Source: Eukaryota sp. GEM-RC1 (Eukaryota). Taken from it: 64,000 nt of DNA. The stretch spans positions 1,426,001 to 1,490,000 of the forward strand of contig JAUFOQ010000001.1 in the NCBI GenBank assembly GCA_040285855.1. Direction: 5' to 3'. Positions 62,710 through 64,000 of this stretch are shown in pieces. Each line of letters opens with the position of its first letter. Positions within the stretch are counted from its first letter, which is position 1. The notes beneath the pieces were generated by a model. That model was given only the letters and a program-made list of their open reading frames with translations, had not been told where the DNA came from and made no database searches. Position numbers and translations under genes: made by a program.

Positions 62710-64000
62710 TTATTCAACGATTTCAAGTACATGATTACTGAGATATAAGGAAGCATATGGATAATAATTACCACTATTTAATCTGGGAAGAGTTCCAGTA
62801 AGATTAATTGACGAATTACTCACGGATTTGTTTGTTAAGGTGTAATTAATTAGATCTACACTTATTTCGAGTAATTCACCAGGATTCCACTGAGTAGTTG
62901 TTCCTGAGAGACAACCACGGATGGTACCTCCACTATTTGAACGACAGTGAGCATGCATTTCACAATCCCCAACTTTAAACTTTGACTCGTCAATGACTCC
63001 AACATAAAGATCCCAAGTAGTCCCCTGGTACCTCAACTTCCAAGTATACACATTACATGGAAGAAGTGGATCTTCTCCCAAGATATTTCTATACCCATTA
63101 CCACCACTTCCAACAACAACAACTCTCTTTCTATCCCCACTTACTTGTAACTGAGAATATTTCTTAGTTGGGGAGAATCTAATCACTTTTGATTGAGGAT
63201 CTGATTGAGACACCAGTTGAGATTCTGCAGTTCAATTTCTTGTTGTAGTTTAGTAATTTCATTAGACTTCGTAGTAGTTAAATTCTGGTTTTCAATTGTT
63301 AAACTAGAAACTTGCATGGATAAAGCAGAATTTGTTGTTTTTAAAGTATGCTTTTCCGTTGTTAAATCAGTAGTAAGTGAATTTAACTTAGAATTGTTAC
63401 TTACAACATCAATAATTTTGGTGGTTAATTCTGATACTTCTTCCTTCAAATCAGAAACTTCCTTAACCAACGAGTCAAAATAAAGATTCTTAACTCTTGT
63501 AAACAAAAACTTCATCAAATCGGCTTCTAATTCTTCAACATCTTTTAAAGGAACAAACAGAAACTCATCCCATTGTTGAAATGAAAAGATTCAATTGAAC
63601 AAGAATTTAGAATATTTAAAAACTCATTCAAATCGAAACTTTGATTTAATATTGATTCCACCATTGACTTGATGAACCACGATTGTGATTCAGTGGAAAT
63701 ACAGTATTTTACAAGCGTTTTAAAACCTTCAGTAGTGATTGCCATCACGTCATCAATCACCAGGTCATCAATCTTTGAAAGGACAGGACCAGCGAATTCC
63801 AGAGCTCTCAAGTCATTTCTTTCATTTGCTTCTTTTATGAATGGTTTTAACCACGTCCAGGTAACAAGATGAGTGTATAGGTGGTTTTCAACGTGATCAA
63901 TGAGTTTGTCCACTTGGAAGTAGTGGACGAGGTAGAAGAATTCGTAAGCATTGTTCGCATCGAGAGTGAAAGATCGTTCATAGAAGGACTTGATGAAGAG
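62710..64000 (-). pseudogene. BTB-CC-SPRY copy G (5' end outside the window), frameshifted
   Basis: Three consecutive ORFs; 1-nt loss at ~63585 and a short deletion at ~63230. Confidence 0.8.

Overview
AT-rich, intron-poor eukaryotic (probably protist) DNA, standard genetic code. Several single-base frameshifts fall in homopolymer runs and look like long-read errors. The window is dominated by a birth-and-death array of BTB/POZ - helical - coiled-coil - SPRY/B30.2-like genes. There are four intact copies (A 770, D 19611, E 30824, F 36199), one split by a Mutator-like element (C 9983), one frameshifted minus-strand copy (G), three fragments and one apparently emptied locus. Their frameworks are nearly identical. 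Four short SPRY loops are hypervariable and shared in mosaic fashion, and stalk length varies in exact heptad steps (10/11/12/14/19). Most copies sit head-to-head with a decayed 5' end of an LRR-family gene. I infer a diversified, TRIM-like but Cullin-3-type recognition repertoire. Nearby genes: an RNI-like LRR gene, a P-loop NTPase, a kinase-(ubiquitin)3-GG-KPIIV fusion, a long ankyrin gene with a 31-nt intron, a multipass membrane protein and a large BTB-helical pseudogene. Transposons are dense and several have resolvable TIRs/TSDs: hAT, MULE, Tc1/IS630, pogo-like, and a CRE-like RT-RLE retroelement nested in a pogo-type element. All calls are by-eye motif and self-comparison; no searches were run.
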